The notes under the pieces were generated by a model. That model saw nothing but the letters and a program-made list of their open reading frames with translations, ran no database searches and was not told the origin of the DNA. Source: Raillietiella orientalis (taxonomy: Eukaryota). From it: a DNA stretch of 64,000 nucleotides. Positions 26,300 through 39,549 of this stretch are shown one piece after another (position 1 is the first letter of the stretch; each line of letters begins with the position of its first letter). The position numbers and the translations under genes are program-made. The DNA is taken from contig JAYWIR010000001.1 of assembly GCA_036172245.1 (NCBI GenBank), forward strand, positions 7,626,001 through 7,690,000. The letters run 5' to 3'.

Positions 26300-29200
26300 C
26301 TGCAGGTCATGGATACCGGCAAGGGGTGGAGACTGCACGTCTCCCGCTCCCTCTCTTCCTGGCTGCAAGCAAACCCCTCCACGGAAAACAAGGGTTCCCC
26401 CGCAGCGACCCTGACTTCTCAGGACGACCAGAAACGGGACTCAGAATGTCTGGACCAGCGTCTCTCCTCCTACTCTTCGCCTGCTTGCATGCTCCGAAGC
26501 TGCGACTGAGAGGATTCGCACTCTCATCATATCCCTGACGCTTCGGAAGATTCCGTCGCGAGCCGGTGAAGCGTGGACTAGATCTGCTTCCTCCCACCGC
26601 GGGAACCTCCTCTCGTCCTTTCCTGCATACCTCCCGCCTCGGAGGATGCCAGGGCGCTGTGAAGTCTCAAGCTCGCTGCAGAACCTCGCTCGATGCTCCT
26701 CCTCCCCCAACCAGTTGCTGCCGTCCTCTTGTTCTCGAGCAACTGTTCTGCCGCCTTCGCTGCTTTTTGCTCCCTCTTCCTGCTTGCCGGAGTGGAGTCC
26801 AGACGAAGCGCCGGTCTGCGGCCTGGCTCCCATCTAAGCTGCGCCTTGGAACCCACGCTCTTGAAGAAACACTCTTTGATATTCCTGGCTGCAAACAGTG
26901 GGGAAGAGAACAGGGGAGGGAAGGGGGGAGGGGGAGTTACGAGGCATGCGGGAATGGAGTCCCTTCCCGCGCAGTGGAGTTCCGTTTCCCCAAGACAGCA
27001 GGGTCCGCTTGCTCTGTCCCTGGAACCCAGTCAAAGGTCAGGTGGAAAGATTTTCGATCCAGCACAGCTCCGTCCACTTGGAGCGAGGTGCCAGCCGTCG
27101 CCATATACTTCCAGGACGCCAAGCGTTGGCCAGAGGCGTTCTTCAGGAGCCAGGAACTGAAGCAGCACGTGGCATCCTTCATCTTGGAGTGATCATCCAG
27201 GAAGACCTGTAGTGAATTTCAGAATGGAAAGGCCGATGAACAGTGGCCTGCCGAACAGCTCGGAAGGGAGGAAAAGGGGGAGCATCAGCCAAAAACAGCC
27301 TTTTTGGCAGAGAACCTCTGGTATTGGGGTTCGTCTCAGCGTTCAATCTCTAACAGCTGGTGCGGATCACGTGACCTCGTATGAAACGCCTTTAGCTTTG
27401 GCCTCGCAGAAATCCAACACCTTGCACATCACGTGAAGCACCAGAAAGTCCGGATGAGGAGCCAAAAAGGGCTCTTAGGCCACGCCGCTGTCTCCTCCGC
27501 TTCCCTTCCGGTTCTCCGGGAGCGTCTCGCGAGAGCGGATGTCGCGAATCGCTCGCGTGGTTGCATCGCGAGCATTCCGCCCAAATGGCGCGCTCTGCTC
27601 CTTTTTCCTTCAGGACCGGGAAGGCGAACGGCGCCCTGCCTTAAGGCGGGCAGCACCCTTTCCACCGCGGCCGCAGAGAAGAAAAAATCCGAGGTGCTCA
27701 TGGATCAGGTTAATAGCCACGGACCCTTCGGAAAGAGCTGCAGAGATCGGAAGAGCGAGCATCCGGAACGGAGAGCGGCAAACCGGAAGTGCTGTCTGTC
27801 CGAATCGAACGCGTTGACCTTCGAAGTCGCGTGTATGCTCGAAACCTGCGAGTGCCCCTGAGCGTTTTCTCGACACCCGAAAGATGGTCCCACGAAGCGC
27901 AAGCGTAATCCAGGAGTTAAAAAGCAGTTCCTCCCGACTGGACCTCGGAAGATGCGACGCGCACGGTTGTTCTGCTCGCTGCAGAGCGAAGCGGCAAACG
28001 TGCAGATCTCGACACGAAATTCGATGCTTCTGTTGCTTCCTGGTTACGCCGTCTTTGCTTCCAAGTCCCATCTGCGGCGCTCGCTCCAGGAACGTTTCGA
28101 ACTGCCTGGGGCTGCCGACAGACCGCTTAGGAGATCGACTTTCCCCTAAAGTTCTCTGGAAGTGCATCTGCTTTTTGCAAGTTGGAGTCGCGATCGTAAA
28201 TACTCCCTCCAGATAATTTTCAAGATAAACTTCACAGTAATGTAAAAGTGCGCCACCAGCCTCTCACTGTGGCAATCAGTTCTTGGAGGGAGATTTGTTG
28301 CTTGCCTAGGTCGTACGTATTCTTTACAGTCGTTACTGTGAGCAGCATGTTGACTTCATGGACCTTTGGTTTCGAAAATTACAATCGTTGCACGCTGACA
28401 AGAATTCGAGATATCCAACAGGAATGCGATCTCGCAGCACACGCGTGCTCGCGGAATGACAGGGAAGAGGTGGATGCATCGCGGGCGGCAAGACGGATGG
28501 AAGAACCTTTATGGAGGCTGGAATGGAGTTCTTCGTGCCACGAAGAACTCGGCTCAGCTTGTGCAGCATTCTAGGAGTGAGTTGTTCTGAACAGCAGAGG
28601 GCGAGTGAATTGTAGATGTTATCGGGAAGGGGTGCTCTCCACCAGACTGTTCATCACTCTCTAATCGATCAGTGGCCACCGTTGGCATCGCGCACCGCTG
28701 CGTGCTGCTGCTCAGTGGTGCTGCTGCGTGACTCGAAACCTACCATCAGGTGGTTCTCAACCTCCATAAGTAACACCCGAAAGTGATTTGGCAGCGCGCA
28801 GATATTTACGCTTACTAAGCAAAGTGATTGAAAGGAAAAAAAAAGGAAAAAAAAATCCAGCGCTTGTGGATGCAAGCTGTAAGGGTCACGTGGGTCTAGT
28901 GCAAAAGGTGAGCTTGAAGGAGCAGCACTCAGGCTCATTATCTGTGTATGAATGGACGACACGTGTTCTATGTTTACCTCACGCCACACATAAATATGCT
29001 TTGATTTGAGCTGCGGATCGAGAGTGAGCCTGCTCGTTGACAATCTTACGTCATCGACCAAATGGAAGATGAATGGCGTAAACTCATGAATGCGTTTTGA
29101 TCGAGTGCTTTTCCCCTGCAATCTATAAATCCTGGATCCCCCCAATACGTGTCAGCTCCTTGTAAATGTGTGCGTGTGTGTGTTTTTCGTGCCGGAACAT

Positions 29201-32200
29201 CATTTAGATGAATGAGCGCCAGAATTCAATTGCTTTTTTTTTTTTTTCTTTTTTTTTTTTTTTTCGTTTTCCTCTCTTCTCCCCTTACTGTCCGATGATA
29301 AAGCTAATCGGCGTAAAAGTCGAGAACAGCGCTCTCTTTCGTATGCAAAATCCATCTTACACCCCACAAATTAATTCCGCTATTCGTGCACGAATGCCCT
29401 GCGCCATTGGTCACAGAAGATCTCATAAAGAGCCATGATAGCGTAGCTTTTCAGAGAGAACAAAATGCACATGGAAAACTTGATAAATGATTAAGCTAAG
29501 AATCCAATAAAGAGTGAGAACGCACTCCGATAATGGCAACCCGTCTCGAAGGATTTTAATTAAAAAGCCAAGCAAGGTGTATCCCTGAATATCTATCGCT
29601 GTAGAGGATGAGATCACGTGGCTGCAGGGGAACACGGAGTATTTATGTATTTTTTTTTCTGAAACGTTTTTTTTTTTTTTTTTTTTTGCATAACTGAATA
29701 CAAAGAATATAAAGCGTCAGACAGGTGGAGGTCTTTCTCACGTTGCTCATCCATTGGAATCATGGATTCAAGCACTTCAGGGATATCACACCGCTAGAAT
29801 GGGGTGAGCTCTTCACAGTGAGATAAGGAAGCATCATCTCCTCCCATGCTTCAAGACTACGAAGAAACAAATAATAAATACAGCAACCGGTATGCTCCGA
29901 AGCAAACGATGACCGAAGCAGTCAACTAAGACGACCAACTAAGTTAAGAGGTGAAAAGCCATAAAAAAGGAAACCATCGTGCATCTGCCCCTGGTATGTT
30001 CCTGTATTTCCTGGTATGCACTTCCTCCCGTCTGCATGGGTATCAGAGACAGGAAAATCCGGATGAAGAGCACAATCGGCACCATGGTTACAGCAGCATC
30101 TGAACAAAGGGACCTCTCTGTCCGATTAGGAAAATTCGTGGGAAGGTACTCGAAATTCAGGGAAGAATAAGACGACATGCTGAAATCTTAATCATTAATT
30201 CATCAAAAAACGTGAATCCTAGAAATAACTTTTCGCTTTTTGATTTCGACTTTTCGCTAGGACTTGCATTCCGTCCTGGGGAACAAGTGGCAAACTGTGG
30301 AGCTTGGCTAGAGCCCATTTTGCGATTTTTCTATAAAACGTGAATGGAAATTTGATACTGAACATTTTCTCCGCAAATCCCTTCCGCAGGATTCTGAAAC
30401 CCACGAGTGCATCAGTCATTTTCAAAATGGAATTGGCGTCCATCCCATTCTGTATTGAAACGAATCCGTATAAGAAGGAAACAGCAACGCCTCAAATCAT
30501 CAGCAGCCGGAGAAAGCTTCACTATGGGTAACCTTTAACACAGTCATCAACAGTAGTTTGATGAACATGATTCCCATACAAAACAGGGATCCCAGAGACT
30601 ATAAAACATTTTAAAATTATACGTGGTAGTCACAGCGTGTCAGCAAAGTACAATGCAAGTAAGTACAATTTTCAAGAGCATCTGCTGGAGCGACAAAAAT
30701 AAGATTCCTGATCGTCGGTGCCGTTTCCTAAGTGCCAAGCTCCACGTAAAAATACACGCATAATGCGTTCATACCTTTTGACTTCTGACACCATAATTTG
30801 ACAAATAAGGTGCTTAAGAAGATGGATATAAGAATGTAAAGTATGAAACGATACACTGTCTGAAAAATTGATGTCTCGACTGATTTGTTATTAGTTTTTT
30901 TTTTTTTTTTTTTTCGTACTTAGCATTCCTTAATAGCTGCTGATTAAAACGAGTAGTCAAATAAAAGGAATGCTATAGAATGTGGTCCTTCGTTCGTCGT
31001 TTGAATTCAGTTCGTAGTCGAAAACCGCAAACAAACACACCGTTGTCGCCGTGTTCACTTTGAATGTATCGACGATCAGTTAAAAATTTCCACGTGTCTT
31101 ACTAAACATGAAAATTAAAAACAACGCTTAAACATGAAACTATCGCTTAAAAGTGTTTAAAACAGTAAGGAGTAAATAAATCTACTGCTGCCCTCGACGG
31201 GGCTGCTCGCCCGTGCTACTGAGTAGTTGCAGAGCCAAATCGCCATCGTTCATCCCTTCTTATATGGATACAGGAACTAAGCCAGAATCGCTCCAGCTCA
31301 TGCATTATATGAGGAGGACTCACTCAACGAAATCTTTCAAAACTCAGAAACGAGATGGAACGGTCATCATGACTAGTCGGAGTGCCGTCCTCCACATGGG
31401 AGGAAGACAACGGTTGCCTACCAGCGAGGTGGAATCCACCTGCACCTTTGCAGGAGTTGTTTCTCAGCGGATGCATACAAAGTCAGCAGCCGGCAGACAG
31501 GGTGGTTCACCCCTTGCCCGTGCACTGGGAATTCCTTTATTCCAGCGTGCGAGAGGACTCCTCCGGTGGGTGTTAGCTCCTGGAACTATTCCCCAACAAA
31601 CTTGAAATCCCTCCTTCCGATGAAGTAGAGCAGCACACAGGTATCAAGCGCTGACAAGGACGGCCACTTGTGCAAGTTCGCTCCTCTGACTAAAAGCAAG
31701 CCCGGTGCTGGACGCCGAGCTCAAGGAGCCTTCCGTGGCGTCTGTCCAAAATTCCCATATGCCGGCGGCGCTGATAACGATTCCCTTCTTATATGTGTGG
31801 TCTAGAAGTCCCGAAAACAAAACACACACCCCAAAAACTGAGTCTTCGTTACATCGCCTCATGCGTTAAACTTCTGAATGTGCAATCGAAATCACGCATT
31901 CGAAGCTCCTCGGTTATCAACGGCATGGCGTCGCTTTATCGTGAAACCAAGTCAAGAAGTGTAAGCTTCAGAGCAAGCACCCACTCGAAGATGCTCAGCC
32001 TCTTCTCGTTCGTTAAGCAAATAATGCACAAGTGTTGTTTATTTAACGAGCGGCTCGTCCTGTGTGGGCCAGGAAAACGAAAATGCGTTGAGGTTCCTTT
32101 GCAACCGCAGCGTTCCCCGAATATTCCAGGACCATCATCCCATTTCTGTGAAGATTCTCATCTTGGAAATAAGATGAGAATCCCTCCATCCGTTCGACTT

Positions 32201-32700
32201 CCGCACGACTTTGAAATCCTGGAACCTCTCCCTGTGTGCAAGCCGCTGCCGATAAGACGAGGAAAGTGAAGACGAGGGGAGCGGTCCCGGATGAGAGGGG
32301 CGAAAGCAGAAGGCTCGGGAGAAGAGAAACCTCTGTTCAAGACCCGATGCGGGGAAAACAAAAAACTTCAAGATAAACTTTGTGTGAGGCGAACGGAAAG
32401 TTTTCCTCTTCCAGCACGGTCCAGCTTTCATGCCTTTTGCACTGGAGGGGGATCCCGGCGTTTTTGAAGCACCTCGCGACAGAAAGGAATCCAATTAAAG
32501 TGGAGGAGGGCCTCCCCGCCGGGGGCTGCTGCGAAACGCACACCGAATCGGTTCGGCACCCTTCTCTTGCAGTCCATTGACTTTGAAGAACAGACTTTCC
32601 TTTTACGTGGGATTGCAACAAGTTGAGATCAAATACACTGAAATATTCAGGGGCTGACATCAGTGATTTGTGCTCAATGCCTTTTTAAACGGACAAATTG
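26300..32700 (-). other. Possible unidentified multi-exon gene on the minus strand
   Basis: Several minus-strand segments bounded by AG/GT with protein-like frames (e.g. ~27206-26941 VFLDDHSKMKDATCCFSSWLLKNAS..., ~32250-32050 ...RMEGFSSYFQDENLHRNGMMVLEY...). I could not build a consistent model or recognise a family. Confidence 0.25.
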
Positions 32701-34222
32701 GCTGGCCAACAGCTAGTGCTATAGCGAACGTTCTTTGGAAAAGCAGAAATTAAAATCCTTAAGAGTGAAATCATAAGCCCAACCTTGTGTTTTGTATTTT
32801 GGTTAGAAAACAATACTTCAAATTCACCAAAAACCTGCAATATATAAGAACATTACCATTTTCCGATCCAAAACGAACGGAACGAATCCCATTTTCACAT
32901 GCAGACTGAACATTCGATTACAGGGAAAGTATCTTATGAAGAAGCTCCGACCTCCTCTTGGATTACGGGGATCGAATTTGGATTTCATGTAATGCAGTGC
33001 ACTTTATTGTTTCATGCTCCTGGCGCAGCCTCCTGACCACAGAGTAAGGGCACAAAGATACAGATGGGGAAAAATATTATGCAATACGACAAATAACGAA
33101 CCATCGGCTTTCCTTGATAATAAATATTTACCAAAGAAAAAAACAAAACTTGGATCCGAGGAAAACCTTTTGGCGGCAAACACGTAGGATTCGGACCCCA
33201 CTGCAAGTCTGCATTGGCCACAAACCATTTGCACAGGAATTAATTCATTAGATGGCTCCATGCTCACTAGATCTGGGCAACTTTCAAGCATACGCGGAGA
33301 ACATGCAACTCCGAACTAACGCATGCTGTTATGAAAAGAGTTCATCAAGGGAAAAACAGAATGCCCGAAAATTTGACGTTGGTTCACTTGGTGAAACTTG
33401 CATTGGATTTGTACGGATGTGTGACGTAGAAAAATATTCAGAAACAGCATAGTCTTTGCAAGTTTCATTTTTTTTGGGTGTGTTAACCGGAAAAATTAGC
33501 TTGCTTGTGAGCTTAAATATCAGATCTTCAGAGTCCATTTGTAGTTTTAATCGATTCCTGTAGCCTTCTCGTGATTTGTAGTTTCAAATCGATTTTTGCT
33601 CCTGTTTTTTTTTTTTTGAATGAGATCACGATTTTTGAACACCATAAAATCTATTAAGATGCCTCGTATACATACATAAAACTTGCAGATAGAAGACAAT
33701 TATTTGCTAAATGAGGAAAAAAAATAAGAAATTTCTTTAATTTTCATCAGTTTGGTGAAGAATTCGTTGGAATTTAACGCAGTTAAATTAATTGAATTAA
33801 TTAAAATTATTGAATTACGGCATGAGGCTTTACATATTCGGGGTTACCATCTTTAATCTCATTAATAGTTGAACACTCAGCTGACATCTCATTAATTTGT
33901 TTTATGGGATCAAGAAAACATCGCTAACTACTACCGAGGCTCTCTAAGAAGACCACTTTTAAAGTTGGTTTATATCAATATTACAATGGAGTCTTCAGTA
34001 CATTTAGCAAATTGTTAAGAATACAATTCTGTAGACATATATTATCTATGCAAGGCAGACATTACATTACAAGTTTCGATTTCATTTCATAATAAACTGA
34101 ATAACACAAATACTGTAATAACATGAAAAATAATTACAAAGATTTGTTTAAAATTTACACAGTAAGAATCACTATAAAACTTCAGATGACAGCATTTGAT
34201 CTATATGCTGAGGCAGATAAGA

Positions 34223-36142
34223 TCACTTCAAGGATAATTCTGCAAAACTCCAAAACTCCATGAAACTTGGGATGAAAGCTTCACGAAAGGAAATATCCAC
34301 AGCAAATGGCAATTTTTCCAGCAATTGCTTAAATAAAGAAACTGATTTTCCTGAATTTCTTCCATCAATCTTTGATATAATCAACAATATTTAAAAATCG
34401 CTTTTGGTCCTAAATTAACTTACATGTTGCAGATACTTCCCTTGTGGTTTCAGCAACTTTTGCATGAGCAGTAACACTCTATGATGGAATGCCCATATTT
34501 CAGCATGTTTATCCTCTTGTATTGGAACATCAGTTAGATCAGCAAATATATAGTCAAAAAATCTCTGCTGTTGTACAAAATTCTCCATTGCCACAACAGC
34601 ATCGGAAATAATGACTTCCTTATTGTTTGTTTTCAGCTCATCAAGACAATCACCACAAAGTTGACGTAAGTGAAGTCGGCAAGCTTTAATCACAATTTCA
34701 TCCAACTGGTAGTAGACTGACATGAAATCTGGTACTACTTTTAACTGACCTCAATCATTGTTACAAATTGTGGATTTTCTTTCAACAGTTCCCAAAGAAG
34801 GCTACCATCTCCACCTCCTAGAATCAGGATCTCCTTTCTGCTGTAATCTTCTTTTCCTTGATGCATAAAAGCTTCTGTATATACAAGATCTTCATCTGCT
34901 ATGTCTGAGAACAATCATCATCAGAATCAATCTTGGTACAGATCAGCATACCTTGCATGCTAATCACTCACTTGATAAGCCATCCAGCATTAACACATTC
35001 CCTAAGGTGGGAGAATGGAAAATTTCTACTTTTTGATATGGAGATACTTCAGAAAATACCAATCTGTCAAAATCAAGCTCCAGAAGTCGATGATCTGCCA
35101 ACATTGCAAATGAAATCAATGATAAATTATTACAATCTCACCTGATGACAGAGTATAGCGATTCAGCACAGTACCTCTTTTGATACATGGAAGTGAACCA
35201 ACATCACAATGACCAAGAAAAGCATTCACACTTTCTTCTATGCTTTTTAATTTCTGAAAAACGGTTATAAAACCAGTATTTACAATCAAATATAAAGCAA
35301 AAATACAAGCATATACGACAACTCGAAAAAAACGGGTGCTGATTTTAGAAGGGTCTATGCCATTTATTCTCCAGTTCAAAACCGCATGAAATGATACTTA
35401 CTGAAAATTTTTATAAATACCGAATAAAACCAATATTAAAATAGGGTATAAAACAAGTATTTTCACGTTGTTCTCAAAATTCAAGACAACTTTCTTTTGA
35501 CTTCATAAATAAAAAAGCTTACTTTTTAAGGAATGCCTGGTCTCAAAATGGAAATTGCTCTTTCTTAAATTTCTAACGAAACACCGCTGATCGTTTATGT
35601 CATTCAACAAAAAACTAAAGAACGAAATCGTGAGGGGCTCAACAGTCACAAAACACGGCTTTCGCATCACAAAAATCATGTTGATATGCATCTTTTCGTT
35701 TATCACACACAAATGGTTCAAGATTATACACTTGCGTATGTATGATACAGATAGCAAGTACTCCTTATTAAACACAAGGCTTTACTACGGTCATGGGAAA
35801 ATCTTATGCCAACCTCTTCGTCCAACTCGGCTTTGCTGCCTTCATCAGTAGCATATTCTAAGGTAATGGTAACCAAACCATCCGCAAAAATCCTAACATT
35901 CATTGTAGAAAAATCTGGACCACAAAACACTTGCAGTGCTTCCAAATCATTAAACTTAAAATGGAAAATTTCCTCGAATTTATGAGATTTCAAAATACTA
36001 CAAAGGGAAGCACGAATGCTTTCGTCCAGAACTAAACACACAAATAAAATACATGAATCCTAGTATCATTTGCAAACAACACTCATTTTATACCTGTATT
36101 TGACTCAAGTTTAAATTCCATTAAACTCGTATAGGAAGGCAT
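34223..36142 (-). CDS. SMS: Spermine synthase, complete, 7 exons (36142-36094, 36031-35814, 35253-35142, 35094-34972, 34904-34750, 34705-34424, 34369-34223), ~361 aa
   Basis: All junctions are GT-AG and phase-consistent, total 1086 nt. Motifs LPCIKRG, SPYQKVEIFHS, EILILGGGDGSLL, VTMIE|LDEIVI, FDYIFADLTDVP and FIPSFMEFWSF match the spermine synthase family, including the N-terminal dimerisation region absent from spermidine synthase. Confidence 0.93.
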
Positions 36143-36989
36143 GACTCAAGCAACTTTCAGCCTGCAAAGACACCTCACAATCAGTCGTGACTACGGAACG
36201 TGCAGTTACCAAACACTCAGGTCACATGGAGCTTCTCATCGCATGCGGGAAACACACTTGCGTGCCCTAGGAATTCTCATGCACATACATTAGTATAGAG
36301 ATATTAACTTCGTATATGCATGCTTCGTTTTTATGAGTAACATTAATTGATCAATCGATACAGCTAGACTAGAGTAAAAATAGAGTAACAGCATACACAA
36401 TCACTTGATTTTTTGAAACGGAAAGAATGTGTAACATATATCAGTAAAGTATCTGCAAATTTCAAGAAACGGGAATACCACATAAAAGAAACTCTTGATA
36501 CACTCTAAAAGTTTTACTATAGGAAATTCAGGGGATAAGTGCTCTCAATAAATCGAGCAAACAAGAATTGTTGCTTAAGCCTTTTCTCAACTTTGTAATG
36601 CAAATTATTGTGAGCATGATTACCCAAATTAGTGAAATTGGAAAATTTTCGTATACTGATTTTTTAGAAAGAGTAATAACACTTTTTTGGATGACAAGAA
36701 TGATCCGAAATGCAAACGGATTGATCGCAAAGGGGAAATTTTTTGGAATGCTCAAGGGCACAATAATTGTTTGCATGATTTTAAGTGTATCAGGAATGAC
36801 AGCTAATACACAAAAGAGCAGACGGCAGCGTTCAGAGAAGCTTTTGCCGACCTTTTCTTTCTCTCTGGTGCTTGTGGATCCTTGGTGCAAGACGATTTGG
36901 AAAGATTGGAAAGACTACAGCATGCCATAGGCAGCACATACTGGCCAACGAGGAGTAGGAAACCAGCGGAAATGTTTCTGAACCGTGAT

Positions 36990-39549
36990 TGTGCTGGTGA
37001 GCAAGATTCTGAAAGGTTGAGAAGGGCAACATCGAGACGGCGAGCTTCAATCTTATGGAGACTCTGAATCTGTTGGCGGAGTTGGTGGAGCAGGAAACGG
37101 AGAATTACTTGAAGATGAATCCGGATTCGTTCAACGACAGACACCTTTCTCGTGCAGACCCGAAGTGCACTCTGGGCTTGCTGATGAAGACTCTGTTCAA
37201 GAAGGACAACTTGATGAACAAGCTGGTGAACGACTACATGCATGACAGCGGGTGGTGTCTCCTGTCTCACGAGGAGATCCGCGAGATCAACACGAGTTCG
37301 TGCCGTCTGCTGCTGGACATCATGCCGGGTCTGGAAACGTCTGTAGTGTTCAAGGAATCGGAAGGGTTGATTACGAAGCTGTTCCACTGGGCGGAGAGGA
37401 CGTCGGACCCGCTGTCGAGTTACGTGGCGGGTATTTTGTCGTCTGCGATGGAAGTGCAAGACATCGCTGCGAACTTTCGCGAGCAGAACGCTCTGCTGGT
37501 GCCTCAGATGCTGCGGAGGATTCGCGAAGCTCAGGCTCAGTCCCTGCGGTCGGACGAGGAAGGTCTGGCGTGGTCGTCGGAGGTGGTAGTGGCGGCGACG
37601 GAGGAGGCGAAGGAGGCAGGGGTGTCGTCGTCGTCGTCTTCGTTGGGGAAGTCGAAGTGTTTTTCGGAGTCGTTGCTGCCGAACGGTTACAAGAGGAGCG
37701 AAGAGTTGGCTCCGTGTGCAAACGAGTGCAGCAACTCTTCGTGGGCGGAGCTGGAGAGCTACGTGATCGGGGTGTACCAGGTGCACCCGCTGACCCTGGA
37801 GACAAAGCAGATCCTTCTGCTGCGCTACCTGACGCCGATGGGCGAATACCAGAAGTTATGTTCGAGTGTTCAAGTACGACGCGCTGGGTCTGATCCTGAA
37901 GTACATCAACCTGAAACTGAACCGCGACGTGAGCGTGGCGTTCGAGGCTCTGAAGTACCTGGCTGCGCTGCTGTGCCACAAGAAGTTTTGACTGGAGTTC
38001 ATAGGCGTGAACAGTGTTCAGCATCTGCTGGAGATTCCTCGTCCAAACATCGCGGCGACGGGCGTGTCGATGTGCCTGTATTCCCTAGGGTGCAGCCAGG
38101 AAGCGATGGATCGCATCTGCGTGCTTCCCGGCATGTGGTCAGCGAGCTGGTGAAGTACGTGCTGTGGCTGCTGGAGTGCTCTCACGAGTCGGGTCGCTGC
38201 CACTCGACGATGTTCTTCGGTCTGTCGTTCCGTTTCCGTTTGATCCTGGAGATCTTCGACCAGCAGGACGGTCTTCGGAAGCTGTACAACGTGGTCAGCA
38301 CGCTGCTGATCCTGTCCAGCGACAAGCCGAACGACTTCATCAGAGAGGACGAGGAGTTCGCGTCTCGTCACGTGTGCGTGGCGGTGAAGCGTTACTTCGA
38401 GGCTCACCTGATGATCCTGTCGGAGCAGCTTCAGCGGCTGCACGTGAGGGACCAGAGCGGCTCTCCGCAGCCGAGCACGCCGAACTACAGGGCGATGACC
38501 TACACGCCGGAGGACGTGCAGGAGAACATCCACCTGGTGCAGGTGCTGCTTCCGCACAAGAAGCGTTGGCAGCCGGTGGAGTCTTTCCTTCGTCTGAACT
38601 GCACGAGCCTGCTGCTGCGCATCATCGGGATGGCGTACGACTGGAACTACTCCGGTCGGGCGGAGACGGTGAGCAGCGCGCTGGACGTGCTGTGCGTGTG
38701 CGCGGTGATGCCGTCCGTGCAGGAGCAGCTGTGCGAGAAGGTGGAGCTTCCGGACGACAGTTCTACGGTGGGGCTGAACATCGTGCTGTGGGCGGCTGTG
38801 GGGGAGGTGGTGGCGGACGCGGACGTGCAGAAGTCGGCGCTGAACGTGCTGATCATGTGCGTGTGCGCGCCGTCGAAGATCTCGAAGGGTGCGATCGGTC
38901 ACTTCACGACGGCGGGTTGCGTGATCCGTAAGCACGGTATGTGGCGTTCGGCGGACGAGCTGCTGCTGAAGATCTGGAACTGCGCGCGTTCGAACAACGG
39001 GATCATGGTGCTGCTGAAGCTGCTGACGGTGAAGACGCCGATCACGGACGCGGACGCGCTACGCTGCCTGGCGTGCCGCGCTCTGGTGGGTCTTGCGCGG
39101 TGCGAGACGGTGCGGCAGATCATCGGGAAGCTGCCTCTGTTCACGACGGGCCAGCTGCAGATCCTGATGCGGGAGCCGATCCTGCAGGAGAAGAGGGCGG
39201 AGCACGTGAAGTTCTGCAAGTTCGCTCTGGAGCTGCTGGAGCTGATCTCCGGGAAGAAGAAGAAGAGCGGCGGGGAGTTCGAGGTGTCGCTGTCGAGATC
39301 CACAAGGCGGACGTGGTGGCGCAGACGCGCATCACGTACAACGAGAAGGAGCTGCTGCAGCTGATTGCGTCGCACCTGCTGAGCAAGGGGTACAAGGATT
39401 CGGCGGTGACGCTGCAGCGGGAGGCGAGCCTGCAGGGTTTGTGCAAGTCCACGGTGAGCGCGTATTCGCCGGGTGGTTGTTTCAGCTCTTCGTCGTCGTC
39501 GTTGTTAGCCTCCGTATCGGTCGGGTCTTCGTCTTCGTTGGCGTCATAG
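36990..39549 (+). pseudogene. DCAF1: Intronless, disrupted DCAF1/VprBP (mahjong) copy: N-terminal, armadillo-like and LisH regions only, no WD40 domain
   Basis: Recognisable motifs ETENYLKMNPDSFNDRHLSRADPKC, CRLLLDIMPGLETSVVF, WLLECSHESGRCHSTMFF, NNGIMVLLKLLTVKTPITDADALR and IHKADVVAQTRI...LIASHL (LisH). Lesions: TGA at 37018 and 37989, frameshifts near 37045, 37865, 38130 and 39296, and loss of homology after ~39450 with TAG at 39547-39549. Confidence 0.88.

Noticed and set aside
34410..34423. Apparent 14-nt GT..AG micro-intron in SMS
   Set aside because: Too short to splice; the 54-nt intron ending at the AAG acceptor (34370) restores the conserved C-terminal frame.
36520..36810. Cys-containing peptide fragment (KCKRIDRKGEIFWNAQGHNNCLHDFKCIR) between SMS and the DCAF1 copy
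   Set aside because: Short, flanked by stops, with no consistent exon chain; the lectin-like resemblance is too weak to call.
36803..38935. Long antisense ORFs (327, 217 and 305 aa) over the DCAF1 copy
   Set aside because: Shadow frames caused by high GC3 on the sense strand.
37055..39364. 769-aa ORF taken as an intact DCAF1 gene
   Set aside because: It contains an out-of-frame block, has upstream lesions, leaves frame before LisH and lacks the WD40 domain.
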